In this document: piece by piece, positions 1 through 15,482 of the stretch
How the letters are laid out: each line of letters begins with the position of its first letter
Position numbering within the stretch: the stretch's first letter is position 1
Assembly: GCA_002269645.1 (NCBI GenBank)
Contig: NIVC01004977.1
Coordinates: 1 to 29,701 of the forward strand
Origin: Macrostomum lignano
Lineage: Eukaryota
Direction of reading: 5' to 3'
Length of the DNA stretch: 29,701 nucleotides
Notes under the pieces: model-generated
What the model was told of the DNA's origin: nothing
What the model saw: only the letters and a program-made list of their open reading frames with translations
The model's database searches: none
Translations under genes and position numbers: made by a program

Positions 1-21
1 CTGTCTGTCTGTCTGTGTCTG

Positions 22-54
<33 letters not shown>

Positions 55-82
55 TCTGTCTGTCTGTCTGTCTGTCTGTCTG
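1..82. repeat. (CTGT)n microsatellite
   Basis: Near-perfect tetranucleotide run from the window start. Confidence 0.95.
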
Positions 83-426
83 AGTGTATTTTTATACAGG
101 AAAATATAATTCTCACAATACTCGCTCATAATGCAACAGATAGAAAGAATCGTTTGAATGACACCTGCATATCTCATCAATTCATGGCACACTTCATCCT
201 AGCGCCCTTATTCACTTAGACAGCGAGATAATATTGCATTTTTTATGGTTCTCCCTTGTCAACAAGAGCTTTCCATGCCTGCAGCAGCCACTCAGTGCTT
301 CCGTCAAGAGGCATGACGGCCTATCTTATGTAGCTTTCTTTTGTGAGGAACTGCGATATATGACTAGTGCTGTGAGAGCTGCTTCTGGTTGGGTTGCACT
401 TAATGACCCGGAACTGATGATGATCC

Positions 427-784
<358 letters not shown>

Positions 785-800
785 CTATTTGACCATTTTA

Positions 801-1159
801 GATCTTCAATCCCAAGCAGGTTCCAGTCGCTCCGCTCACTCAGCTGAGAACCTGCTGGCGTCACCTCAAGGTGGCAAGCCCGGCAGCTCAGCGACAATGA
901 AGAAGGCCCAACAGCAGTCGCAACATCCAAGCTCATTTCGCTACCAGAATCCACTGAATTCAGCGGGCATGGCCTATCAGACAGACACCTATAGTGTACA
1001 TCACCTGCCATCCGCAGTAACAATCAGCCACCGCCTTACATTGCCTCCAAGCATCCTCAATACACTGAACTGCTCGCCACCCTGGCAACTGGCCAGCAAC
1101 AGCCTGTCGGTACAGCAAACTTGGCGCGCCTTCCTTATGATCACATCAGCGACGTGTGA
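801..1159 (+). CDS. Possible terminal exon(s) of an upstream plus-strand gene; low-complexity tail ending ...QPPPY...YDHISDV*
   Basis: Acceptor-like ccattttag| at 800, then an open S/Q-rich frame. A second frame, open from 995 after cctatag|, encodes a PPPY motif and stops at 1157-1159. The junction between the two frames is unresolved. Confidence 0.3.
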
Positions 1160-1270
1160 ATTTTCTTGAATACTTTACTGAAACTTGAAGACAGGTTAAT
1201 TAACGATAACTGATTTGCTGCGACTATGAGGAACTATCCACATTTTTTGCTTCAGACCACCTTAAATACA

Positions 1271-1560
1271 GCCTACAATCCATTGGAGCGCCCTGATTGG
1301 CTGAGACCGCAGTCCCCCACACCAATCAATACTTTCCTACCCCAGCCCTAGCTGATACTAGAGTACAGAGGCTCCATTCGGCTAAAACCCCTCAGAGCTC
1401 CCTGATTGGCTGAGACTGCAGTCCTCCAAACCCAATCAATAATTTTCTACTCCAGCCCTAGCTGATACTAGAGTACAGTGGCTTCATTCGCCTACAACCC
1501 TCAGAGCTCCCTGATTGGCTGAAACTGCAGTCCACCAACCCCAATTCTTTCCTACCCCAG
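1271..1560. repeat. ~109-bp tandem repeat, about 2.6 copies
   Basis: ccctgattggctga recurs at 1291, 1400 and 1509, with conserved intervening sequence. Confidence 0.9.
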
Positions 1561-2466
1561 TTATTCTAGCAGTATAGAGCTTTCTCATCAGTCTCTCTGT
1601 GTGTGCATAGCTAATTAGTACATAGTTGGACGGTGTAAGGTCGTTCTGTCGTCACTGTACTTCTTGATCACTATATACCGACATTAAAACCACAGTAAAA
1701 TAAAAAACTGTAATAGCGCCAATATAGTTAATCGACATAACCATAACGACCAGCTTTTAATGTTGTTCTGCTAAAATTCGATGTAATTAACTCGAATGTT
1801 TGATATTAATTTCTAGTGTCATAAAGTGTCTTTTAAGCATCTAAAAATCTTTTAGCAACATCGAGACAGAGCAGAGCCAGAGCAGAGCATAAATTAATTT
1901 TCCTAATTAGCATATCCACTGAGGCAGATGCGGAAAAAATTTCAATCAGTTTTGAAATTAGCAAGTCAAATTTGTTTAGCCGACTTTCTCTGTCTCTGAA
2001 CTGACATCTGAGTCCGAGCAGTTTTTCTTGACAGCAAATTTATTGAAGGAAAACCAGCGCAAGGATTTCAGCTGAAACTTTAAGTCCCTGGGGGATTCAA
2101 ATTCCAGGAATATTTTGAGTGCTGTTAGCTGATGCAGATTCTGAATTAAAAACCTTGCTCAACTAAGAATCAAGATTTTTGCGGTTTTATTCAGTATTCG
2201 AATTTTGCTACTGTTCATCAGTAGTGTTTGTAGTGCTGGGTTTACTGATTGTTAAGATTGGGGTTGTGGAATATATAAAGATTCGCAGAAAATTGGGATA
2301 CATGATGGGCAAATATCTAAGTGATAGATAAATATTTAGTGGAGATACTTCTGAGAAAAATAGAGACTCAACAAAGACCTTAGAGATGTATGGAGATTCA
2401 AAACAAAAGCCTCAAAGAATTTTAGAGATTCGGGAGAAAAATCTAAAAGATAGCTAGATATATATT

Positions 2467-3120
2467 CGAGACAAAGACCTCAGAGAAAAATAAATATTCA
2501 GGACAAGGTCCTCAGAGGCAGATATAGATTCAGGACAAAGACCTCAGAGGCAGATATAGATTCAGGACAAAGACCTCAGAGGCAGATATAGATTCAGGAC
2601 AAAGACCTCAGAGGAAGATATAGATTCAGGACAAAGACCTCAGAGGCAGATATAGATTCAGGACAAAGACCTCAGAGAAAAATAAATATTCAGGACAAGG
2701 TCCTCAGAGGAAGATATAGATTCAGGACAAAGACCTCAGAGAAAGATATAGATTCAGGACAAAGACCTCAGAGAAAGATATAGATTCAGGACAAAGACCT
2801 CAGAGAAGGATATAGATTCAGAACAAAGACCTCAGAGAAAGCTAGACATTCGGAACAAAGTCCTCAGAGAAGGATATAGATTCACGACAAAGACCTCAGA
2901 GAAAGATATAGATTCAGAACAAAGACCTCAGAGAAAGATATAGATTCAGAACAAAGACCTCAGAGAAAGATATAGATTCAGAACAAAGACCTCAGAGAAA
3001 GCTATATATTTAGGAAAAACATCAACGAATTTTAGATATTCAGGACAACAATCTGAAAGAGAGATAAATTCATGACACAGACCTCAGAGATGGATGTAGA
3101 TTCTGAACAAAGACCAGAAA
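2467..3120. repeat. 32-bp minisatellite, about 20 copies
   Basis: Unit gatatagattcaggacaaagacctcagaggca in head-to-tail array, degenerate at both edges, with no spacers. Confidence 0.93.
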
Positions 3121-3152
3121 CTAGCTTCATATTCAGTCAGAGGTGCAGTCAC

Positions 3153-5429
<2,277 letters not shown>

Positions 5430-5506
5430 TTTTGTTGAAAATTTCTTGTCACAAAAGTCTGCTTTTTCAATCCGCGCTGTTCCAAAACGTAGTGCGCAAC
5501 AAAGCG

Positions 5507-5514
5507 CTTTTATA
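5507..5514 (-). promoter_or_regulatory. Candidate TATA box of the FReD gene
   Basis: TATAAAAG on the minus strand, about 78 nt upstream of the ATG at 5429. Confidence 0.55.
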
Positions 5515-6329
5515 CCCCTAGAAAACCATGGGCGCAACATCCTGTCTACCTGTCAAAACTATTTTTAACTTGATGTGTCGTCCAAATCTTGGGCAGCTTC
5601 ACGGTCCCTTCCTGAGCCTTTTGTCATAGGCCATTGTTTGCTTTTTTTCACTGCCCCAATCAAAAAATAAATGTCTTTTGATGTTTTCGAATTTTTTCGA
5701 TGTCAAACACGAGCAATCTGTCAGAACTGACAAAATGATTTACAATTTCTGCCGATAAAAATCCACTCGTAGAGTGACTTTTGGTAAATAAGCCTGTTAA
5801 TTTAAACAAATCGGAACAATTCTAGAACTTTCTGTTTTATTAACTTTTTCATGTCCACCACTATCGTGCGCAGCAGTCATTGTACATGTGCGATCAAGTC
5901 AGTCACGGAAAAATCAGGAAAATTTGAACAAAATCTGTAGTTAATATTAACAAAATTTTTACAAATAATGATAAATAGTGTTACATACAGTGCTTCAAAA
6001 GCAGCTATTAAAAGTAGGGCTCGCAGTTCATAGTAGGATTACGAGCTAGCTAGAGAGGAAAGTATATCTACCATAAATTGGAGTAGCTAGAAATTAAAAG
6101 AATCAAAGAATAAATGTTAAATATATTACTTCGTGTGCGTTTCTACAACGCAGAAAGTTATTTAATTATATAAGCTCATGCACTGTAGTTTGAGTTGTAT
6201 TGCACTTTTCCATCTGTCAATTCAAAATCACCAAGCAAATTTACGTGTAGCTAAAATAAGTACTCGTAATTTCTAAATTAAAAATTAAAAAACCGGAATC
6301 ATAATTTCTTGGAAATAAAACTGAATAGT

Positions 6330-7573
6330 GGACAGACAGACAATCCAACAGACAGACAGACCATCTAACAGACAGACAGACCATCTAACAGACAGACAGA
6401 CCATCTAACAGACAGACAGACCATCTAACAGACAGACAGACCATCTAACAGACAGACAGACCATCTAACAGACAGACAGACAGACCATCTAACAGACAGA
6501 CAGACAATCTAACAGACAGACAATCTAACAGACAGACAATCTAACAGACAGACAGACAATCTAACAGACAGACAGACAATCTAACAGACAGACAGACAAT
6601 CTAACAGACAGACAGACAATCTAACAGACAGACAATCTAACAGACAGACAGACAGACAATCTAACAGACAGACAGACAATCTAACAGACAGACAGACAGA
6701 CCATCTAACAGACAGACAGACAATCTAACAGACAGACAATCTAACAGACAGACAGACAATCTAACAGACAGACAATCTAACAGACAGACAATCTAACAGA
6801 CAGACAGACAATCTAACAGACAGACAGACAATCTAACAGACAGACAGACAATCTAACAGACAGACAGACAATCTAACAGACAGACAATCTAACAGACAGA
6901 CAGACAGACAATCTAACAGACAGACAGACAATCTAACAGACAGACAGACAGACCATCTAACAGACAGACAGACAATCTAACAGACAGACAATCTAACAGA
7001 CAGACAGACAATCTAACAGACAGACAGACAGAAAATCTAACAGACAGACAGACAGACCATCAAACAGACAGACAGACCATCTAACAGACAGACAGACAAT
7101 CTAACAGACAGACAGACAATCTAACAGACAGACAGACAATCTAACAGACAGACAGACCATCTAACAGACAGACAGACAATCTAACAGACAGACAATCTAA
7201 CAGACAGACAGACAGACAATCTAACAGACAGACAGACAATCTAACAGACAGACAGACAGACCATCTAACAGACAGACAGACAATCTAACAGACAGACAAT
7301 CTAACAGACAGACAGACAATCTAACAGACAGACAGACAGAAAATCTAACAGACAGACAGACAGACCATCAAACAGACAGACAGACCATCTAACAGACAGA
7401 CAGATAATCTAACAGACAGACAAACAATCTAACAGACAGACAGATAATCTAACAGACAGACAGACCAGCTAACAGACAGACAGACAATCTACCAGACAGA
7501 CAGACAATCTACCAGACAGACAGACAATCTACCAGACAGACAGACAATCTACCAGACAGACAGACAATCTAAC
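6330..7573. repeat. Compound (ACAG)n + ATCTA/CATCTA satellite
   Basis: About 1.25 kb of 16-24 bp units such as ctaacagacagacagacaat, with variable ACAG number. Confidence 0.95.
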
Positions 7574-7713
7574 AAATATAAAATCGTTCCCAACATCGTC
7601 CTTTTGTCATCGCTTCTTCTCTTTCTAAACTCTAAATTGCCATGGTCAAACTTCAGAAAGTCTGCATCCCGTCGCACGACAGTCCCCAGGCCCTACAAAG
7701 CTGCTGTCCCGCA

Positions 7714-10700
7714 CTAGTTTTGGCGCTTCGACCGTTGAAAGGCTTCGTAAACCTCCGGCGACGGAGCCGTCGGCAGCCTCGGCGGTTGCGTCATCAAATC
7801 GCCCGCCACCTCCCAGTACGGACCAGCAGCGGTTGATGATGACGCTTGCGGAAGCTGCGGCGGAGTCTGCGGCGGCGGCGGCGGCACCTCGTCGTCTTCG
7901 CGCCCGTCGCTGGCTTCCTCCTCTGCCTCTTCGGTGTCGGCATCATCGTCACTGCTCAGCTTCTCGGCAGCTGCGGCGCCGGCCGCGGCGAGTTTCTTCA
8001 TCATCAAGAAGGTCGTCGTTGTCGCCGACTCGCCGACAGCCACTCCGTCGACGTCCATGCCGGTCTCCGGCAGCTCGTCGATGCGGTCGATTTCGGCCAG
8101 GTCAATGCCGCTACCGCCGCCGCCCGGGCCTCCGGGACCGCCGGCCCCACCGCTGCCACCTGCAGCTGTCGTCGCGATGTTGTCCATCGAGGCCGAGGAG
8201 CCGACGCTTTGCACGCTGAAGTTGCTGCCCATCCTGGCAAGTCGCGGCCGAGCGCTGCCAGACCTTCGACCGCCTGAAGGCCCCGGCGGCTGCTGCTGCT
8301 GACCAGTCAGGGAGCCGCGAGAGTTCGTTCGCTGGAAGGCCGTGTAGATGTCGCCCTTGGCTGTGCTCGGTCGCGACACGATTTCGGCACCGCTACGCGT
8401 CAGCTCGGCGACTTTGATTCGTTCAACGGCTCGATTGGCCGCCTCCAAGCGGGCGAACTCTTTCGGTAGCCACTCGCTCGGGTGGCTGAGCAAGCTGTGA
8501 GAATGAGAGAGCAGGCATTAAGACTGAGTTTTCATGCGGATATTGTAAAAAGTTGCGTTTAACTATGCGTCCGAAAACAACTCACTTGGATGAAGTCGCG
8601 CTGGGCAGCCGCTGATCGTCCAAAACGTACCGGCACTGCCTGTACTCGTTCGGCGGCAGGAGGGCTCTGAAATGTGTGGTATTATGACGCTTGGGTCTTT
8701 AGGTCATTAGCTTTCTCGGTCATTGGGTCTTTTGGTTACTGGGTCATTGGATCTTTTGGCAATTGGGTCATTGGGTCTTTTGGTTATTGGGTCATTGGGT
8801 CTTTTGGTTATGGGTCATTGGGTCTTTTGGTTATGGGTCATTGGGTCTTTTGGTTATGGGTCATTGGGTCTTTTGGTTATGGGTAATTGGGTCTTTTTGC
8901 AATTGGGTCATTGGGTCTTTTGGTTATGGGTCATTGGGTCTTTTTGCAATTGGGTCATTGGGTCTTTTGGTTATGGGTGATTGGGTCTTTTGGTTATTGG
9001 GTCGTTGGGTCTTTGGGTCATTACCGTAGGTTTTGGGTCATTGGGTCTTTTGGTTATTACCGTAGGTTTTGGGTCATTGGATCTTTTGGTTATTGAGTCA
9101 TTGGGTCTTTGGGTCATTGGGTCTTTGGGTCATTGGGTCTTTGAGTCATTGGGTCTTTGGGTCATCGGGTCTTTGAGTCATTCTGTTCTTAGGTCGCTGT
9201 GAATCTAAGTTGCTAGGTGATGTGGTTGCTAAGGTATTCATACGTATTAGCCGCTAACCTCTTCAACTTGTCCATGTCAATGTTCAGCCCATAGCTGCAG
9301 AACTTCTCGTAAATCGTTCGGCACTCCTTCAGGCCGTCTGTCTCGATTTCCTAGAAATAAAATAATAAAACTCTACATCAACATAAAACTTTCAGACAAA
9401 ATAAATAATTTCTGAATCTTGACTCTTACAGAGAAATGTTTCCTCGTATTAATAATTACTGGCTGTCGGTTGTAAACCAATTTTCCTGATCCGACGACCG
9501 GAGCGGAGAACGGCCGGTCCCCTCCGCCTCCTCCGCCCCCGCCTTTGCCTGAGCGCTTCTTCTTTTTTGCTTTGGCGGATTTTCCACCGTTGTCTCTGTC
9601 GACTGTTTGATCGTCTGCGTTCTCTGCTTTTGCGGACTTCTTGCGCTTGGACTTTTTGCCTTTTTTGGCTTTCTTGGCGGTTTGAGATGACTGAGCGGCT
9701 ACCAGGGTCTCCTCAGCCTCCTCTGGTTCCTCATCTTTGGTCTCGACTGCAGCTGCTGCTTGCGGAGGCCTGCTTTGGTTTAGTTAATTGGTTTGTTGGG
9801 TCATCACTTCTTTGGTAATTTGAGTCATAAATCCCTTGGATCATTGGTTTCATGGGTTATTGGTTCCATGGGTCACTGATTCCATGGGTCACTGATTCCA
9901 TGGGTCATTGGTTCCATGGATCATATTAATTCCATGGGTCGTTGGTTCCATGGGTCGTTGGTTCCATGGGTCGTTGGTTCCATGGGTCGTTGGTTCCATG
10001 GGTCGTTGGTTCCATGGGTCGTTGGTTCCATGGATAATTGGTTCCATGGATCATTGGTTCCATGGGTCACTAATTCCATTGGATCATTGGTTCCATGGGT
10101 CGTTGGTTCCATGGGTAATTGGTTCCATGGGTAATTGGTTCCATGTGTCATTCGTTCTATGTGTCATTGGTTCCATGGGTCACTAATTCCATTGGATCAT
10201 TGGTTCCATGGGTCACTAATTCCATTGGATCATTGGTTCCATGGGTCGTTGGTTCCATGGGTAATTGGTTCCATGGATCATTGGTTCCATGGGTCATTGG
10301 TTCCATGGGTAATTGGTTCCATGTGTCATTCGTTCTATGTGTCATTGGTTCCATGGGTCACTAATTCCATTGGATCATTGGTTCCATGTGTCATTGGTTC
10401 CATGGGTAATTGGTTCCATGTGTCATTGGTTCTATGTGTCATTGGTTCCATGGGTCACTAATTCCATTGGATCATTGGTTCCATGGATCATTGGTTCCAT
10501 GGGTAATTGGTTCCATGTGTCATTGGTTCTATGTGTCATTGGTTCCATGGGTCACTAATTCCATTGGATCATTGGTTCCATGGGTCGTTGGTTCCATGGG
10601 TAATTGGTTCCATGGATCATTGGTTCCATGGGTCATTGGTTCCATGGGTCACTAATTCCATTGGATCATTGGTTCCATGGATCATTGGTTCCATGGGTAA

Positions 10701-13002
10701 TTGATTCCATGTGTCATTGGTTCTATGTGTCATTGGTTCCATGGGTCACTAATTCCATTGGATCATTGGTTCCATGGATCATTGGTTCCATGGGTTATTG
10801 GTTCTATGGGTCATTCGTTCCATGGGTGACATTAGTTCCATGGGTCATTTGCCATTTTTTCTTAAAACCTCTTCAAGACGGTGAATTTATTTGTCACTCT
10901 CCGTTTCAGTCGGATGGGTCGAAACCGGGCCATAGACACTTTCTTTCTGCTCAGACCCTGCATTCCCATTCCAGTCGGAAAGACCACAGAGTAAAAGATT
11001 TTATGCATAGATGTATGCCTGTGTCCTCTGTGAGTTTGGAACTTTCTGTCACAGACAGAAGTGTTTTATATTAATCCGCAACATCTCGAGGCATGGCTTC
11101 GAGAAGACCTCCACCCAGGCAGGCTTTACTGGCTTGGCTGCAAAACGCAGACTCGGTCTTGATTCCGACACCGACGAGTCTGAAATCAACGACAGCGCTG
11201 ACTCGGACTCCGAGGATGAGGCCAATTTGGAGCAAGAAGAAGGCGAAATTGTGGAACAACAGGAAGCCTGAAACATTGTGTGGGAGCACGACGACGAACG
11301 ACCGGATCAATGTCCCGAATTTCTGGGAACAACTGGCTGCAATCCATCCTGGAATCTGCCGGATCAAGCCAACTATTCGGTTTGTTGTTGGTTTGCATCG
11401 CCATCTATTCGTCTTTTATGGGCGGCGTAGATCGCCTGGACAGTGGACTCCAGTCGTACCATCCGAACAGGAAGACGCAGAAATGGTTTCAGAAGCTCGG
11501 TTTTCACATCATCCTCCTTCTGGTTCGCAATGCTTGGATCGTTTACCAGAATGCTGGAGGAACAAAGAGTTTCCTCTGCTACCTAGAAGTTGCGATCAGG
11601 GATTCAATAGAACAGTCTGGGCCAGGCAGACGTTGCGTTTCGGTTCGGGTCGGTCGGGCACCCGCCGCAGCCGGGCACATTCCAAGCAAGTCAGGCCAGG
11701 TTGCTGGGCAAAATCGACCGAGGCGTCGATGCCGACAGTGTCAAAAGAAGACAGTGTACGTCTGCTCGCAGTGTCCTGGCGTCCCGTCCCTGTGTCTTGT
11801 GAACTGCTTTGGCACGTGGCACATTTTAAGAACCATTGTCATTTTATCAAGTGTTGGCAAGCTCTAAATGTTTTTGAAATTTGAATGGAACTTTCCCGCT
11901 ATGTTTGCTGGTTTGTTACTGTTGTTACTGTTAGTACGAGCCATCTTTGCAAAGCTTGTTTGCTTCACTTCTATTATTGGTCGAGTTCGACCCATAGCCG
12001 ACTGGAACGGTGGGTAGAGAATTTGTGCGCTGTCCATAGATATTTTGAACCGACTGCGCTGGGGAGTTGTAAGTGGTCGAAAACGACCTTCCCGACTTCT
12101 TAAGGTACTAATTGATCATTCTAAAAATAGATTTTTATCTAACTCAAGCCAAAATCATAGATCTTACATTCCCTAGATAAGCCACTCACGACCATAAGCA
12201 CACCCATAGAGCCTTCGTCTTTCTTGAAGATTTTGCGAACACGGTATCAGGTCAGTAGCTTGTGCGCGTATTAAGGGTTTTTCTAAGGATACTTAGATGG
12301 CAGGCGCAAGCCATACTTGCAGTCCGTGTAGCCCTTGTTTCGGAAAAAAGGCTATGCCTGAATCCGATGACTGAAAGGAATTCGACTTCAGGGTCGCTTA
12401 TCGCTTCAATCCACTTCTGTGCAGCAGAGTCACTCCTAGGGAAGTTGTGCAGCGACATGTTGACTCCATTACTTTTTGGTGGTGGCAATTTATGTATGCT
12501 GCAGCCCCGAACACAGCAGCCTCGAATTCAGCGCTCTTCCACTCATCTGTTTGATAGCAAAGCGCAAGTCGCGAGGACCAGTGAACTTTGTGTCTGTTGC
12601 GAATATTCTTGTAACCACGAAAGAAATATGTCTATGTCCCTTTAAGCTACTGACCTCAGACTTGTCTTAAACGCTGTCGGCTTAATTAAATTTTTCTTGC
12701 AATTCGCGTGGTCGGTCTTTTCCTATTGAATGCACTGAGAGTGGCCTATCTAGGGGATATAAGATCTATGGCAACAATAACATCAATATTGGTCTCCGTA
12801 CCCATCCTGATCAGTTTCCAGCGACTCAATTTTCAGTGTCACTTCCAGCTTCTCTGCCAGCTTGTTGTCAGCGGCTGGCGCCTCCTTGATCCGGACTGCG
12901 CTGGATTTGGTGGGCTTTGAGCTGCAGAATTCGGCGATGATTCATATTTTATTTATTATTACCAAATGGCCCAAAACCTACGGTAAATGAAAAAACAGAC
13001 AC

Positions 13003-13040
<38 letters not shown>

Positions 13041-13048
13041 TGACTGAC

Positions 13049-13101
<53 letters not shown>

Positions 13102-13104
13102 GGC

Positions 13105-13135
<31 letters not shown>

Positions 13136-14773
13136 TAGACAGACAGACAGACAGACACATGTAAAGTCAATCTCCAAGACGCTCTCACCGAGTCCCCGCG
13201 CCCCCGGTTCTCTGCGGCAGCTTCCTCGCTGGTTTCTGCTGCCCCGGCACCTTCAATGTAGCCGCAGGCGCAACTTCTCGATGCTGCGAGGCTACACTGG
13301 ACCGTCGCGAGTTCGAATCCCCGGCCTGTTGCAGCTTTCTAGCTTCCAGTTCGCTATGATGCGGCCCAGGTTCTAGCCGGTACATCTTCTTGGTCAGAGT
13401 TGCCGGTGATGTCTCCGGCTCCGACCTGGTGGACTCTGACATCAGGGTGTCGATTTCCAGACCTCCAGTGGCGATCTGCTTGGAGTCTCGCCGGAGTCGC
13501 TGATGCTGGTCCATTGTGGGGGCCACGAATGCGCTCTGCGACCTCCTCAGTGGTGGGACGGGTGGCGGCGGCTGCGGAGCTGCCTGAGCTGCTGTTGAAG
13601 TGTCTGTTGCATGATGCATGAGAAAGAAAGGGAGAAGTAGACAGGAATAAATGGAGAAGTAGACTGGAACAAGGGGAGAAGTAGACTGGAACAAGGGGAG
13701 AAGTAGACTGGAACAAGGGGAGAAGTAGACAGGAACAAGGGGAGAAGTAGACTGGAACAAGCGGAGAAGTAGACAGGAACAAGGAAAGAAGTAGACTGGA
13801 ACAAGGGGAGAAGTAGACAGGAACAAGGGGAGAAGTAGACTGGAACAAGGGGAGAAGTAGACTGGAACAAGGGGGGAAGTAGACTGGAACAATTGGGGAG
13901 AAGTAGACTGGAACAAGGGGAAAAGTAGACAGGAACAAAGGGAGAAGTAGACAGGAACAAGGGGAGAAGTAGACTGGAACAATTGTGGAGAAGTAGACTG
14001 GAACAATTGGGGAAAAGTAGACAGGAACAAGAGAGAAGTAGACAGGAACAGAAAATCAATAGACTAGAAATTGAAGTGTGAAGAACATTCCAATCAAAAT
14101 AGGCGCATAAAAGGGATACTATAAGTCTATTCCAACGTAGTTAAGCTTACTTGTAACACATTTTACTGAACTTGTTGTTGTCTGAACCTTTCTAGGTGCT
14201 TGTTTTTCACGTTGCTGCGGTAGCTGCTGCTGCTGAGGCCTGTTCTCAGAGTCAGTCAGTTGCTCATCCTTGGTCTGTTGTGGCACCTGAGGCTTTTCTG
14301 TTTCTGGTGGTATTGCAGTTGAAGATGAGACATCCTTGACCGGCTGCCGTTTGACGACACTCGGCTTCGAAACGGTTCGTTTCTTTCTTCTCACAGGTCG
14401 ATGCTGCTTCGAGTTGGACTTGCTGGCAGCGCCTGACTTGGCCAGCCTCCTCTGCTGCTGCTGCTCGATTTCGTCCTCAAGCGAGTCTCTTTCCTCATCA
14501 TCATCTTCGTTTGCGCTGCTGTCTTGACGACTGTCAGCTTCAAGGACGTCGCCCTGGGTCTCTGCTGGCTCAGCTGACATCCTGACCAAATCTGTGAGTC
14601 TGGTGCGTTGCTGTCGCAGTCTGTCGGCGGAAATGACTGATTTCTCTCCACCACAACTGCTATAAGAATGATTTTTGCGCTGCCTCGGATGCGCTCACAG
14701 CCAGGCTCCCTGGGTCGCGTCAAGTCATACCTTCATCCCCGACCCGACCCTCAAGAGAAAATTGGAGAGGAAA
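7714..14773 (-). CDS. Uncharacterised multi-exon protein (>=770 aa, 5' end not resolved), low-complexity with a short ordered core
   Basis: Phase-compatible GT-AG exons 14773-14731 (tentative), 14591-14151, 13603-13189, 12921-12802, 9769-9430, 9350-9259, 8666-8586 and 8494-7714 total 2313 nt and read as one open frame ending RSKRQN*. Core: [42 protein letters not shown]. The family was not recognised. Confidence 0.75.
8690..9200. repeat. 23-bp minisatellite (gggtcattgggtcttttggttat) in intron 9258-8667
   Basis: Tandem units with deletion variants; it produces the WVIGSFGY ORFs. Confidence 0.92.
9820..10850. repeat. ~16-bp minisatellite (cattggttccatgggt) with higher-order variants, intronic
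   Basis: About 1 kb array mixing cattggttccatgggt, cactaattccattggat and cattggttctatgtgt units. Confidence 0.92.
10897..12014 (+). mobile_element. Non-autonomous piggyBac derivative (internally deleted transposase)
   Basis: Acidic N-terminus from ATG 11093 (frameshift and stop) fused to C-terminal piggyBac motifs [18 protein letters not shown] and NAWIVY, plus the Cys-rich RRCRQC..YVCSQC..LC..CF..WH. Degenerate inverted repeats at 10897-10926 and 11983-12014. No intact TTAA TSD. Confidence 0.85.
12156..12770 (-). mobile_element. Non-autonomous P-element-like DNA transposon carrying a THAP-domain remnant
   Basis: 32-bp TIRs (12156-12187 and 12739-12770, 29/32 match) with CATAG...CTATG termini. 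Flanking 8-mers gccaaaat / gcaacaat match 6/8. Internal peptide CCVRGC...[19 protein letters not shown] matches the THAP signature (C-x-V-x-C...FP...KW). Confidence 0.8.
12992..13157. repeat. (AGAC)n microsatellite, intronic
   Basis: About 40 units in intron 13188-12922. Confidence 0.95.
13625..14050. repeat. 22-bp minisatellite (gtagactggaacaaggggagaa), intronic
   Basis: About 19 copies within intron 14150-13604. Confidence 0.92.
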
Positions 14774-15117
14774 CTGAAATTAGCACGCGACACAATACCG
14801 GCGGGGAAGACGGACGATTCTGAATGGATGAAGGCAGCTGGGCGAGGGATGAGGGCTAGAGGGTGAAAGTGAGCATAATGGATGAGTGTAGACTCGTCTT
14901 GAGCACAGATTTTAGATTGGTGAACGCTTGAGTGCGTCTGTCGAGAGCGGAGCTTGAGGCTGCTGGCTGCCTGGCAACAGCAGACTGGTGTGACTGAATT
15001 ATTCATCTGATCTCATGCCGTGCCTGATTAAGCACTGCACTGCGCTGCACTTCTGCGCTAGGTTTCGTTTGTGGCCTGATTATGTTTGTCCGGTTTACGA
15101 GCGTATTGACGTGGATG

Positions 15118-15482
<365 letters not shown>

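Noticed and set aside
2467-3120. 32-bp repeats resembling a CRISPR array in unit length
   Set aside because: The units are contiguous with no unique spacers, no cas genes are present and the context is eukaryotic.
7833-8302. Plus-strand Ala/Arg/Pro-rich ORFs
   Set aside because: They are antisense shadows of the GC-rich terminal exon 8494-7714.
8674-10704. Many Trp/Gly-rich ORFs resembling membrane proteins
   Set aside because: They are translations of the 23-bp and 16-bp intronic minisatellites.
13604-14059. [10 protein letters not shown] repeats at the start of ORF 13185..14030
   Set aside because: This is the intronic 22-bp minisatellite; the true exon begins at the acceptor at 13603.
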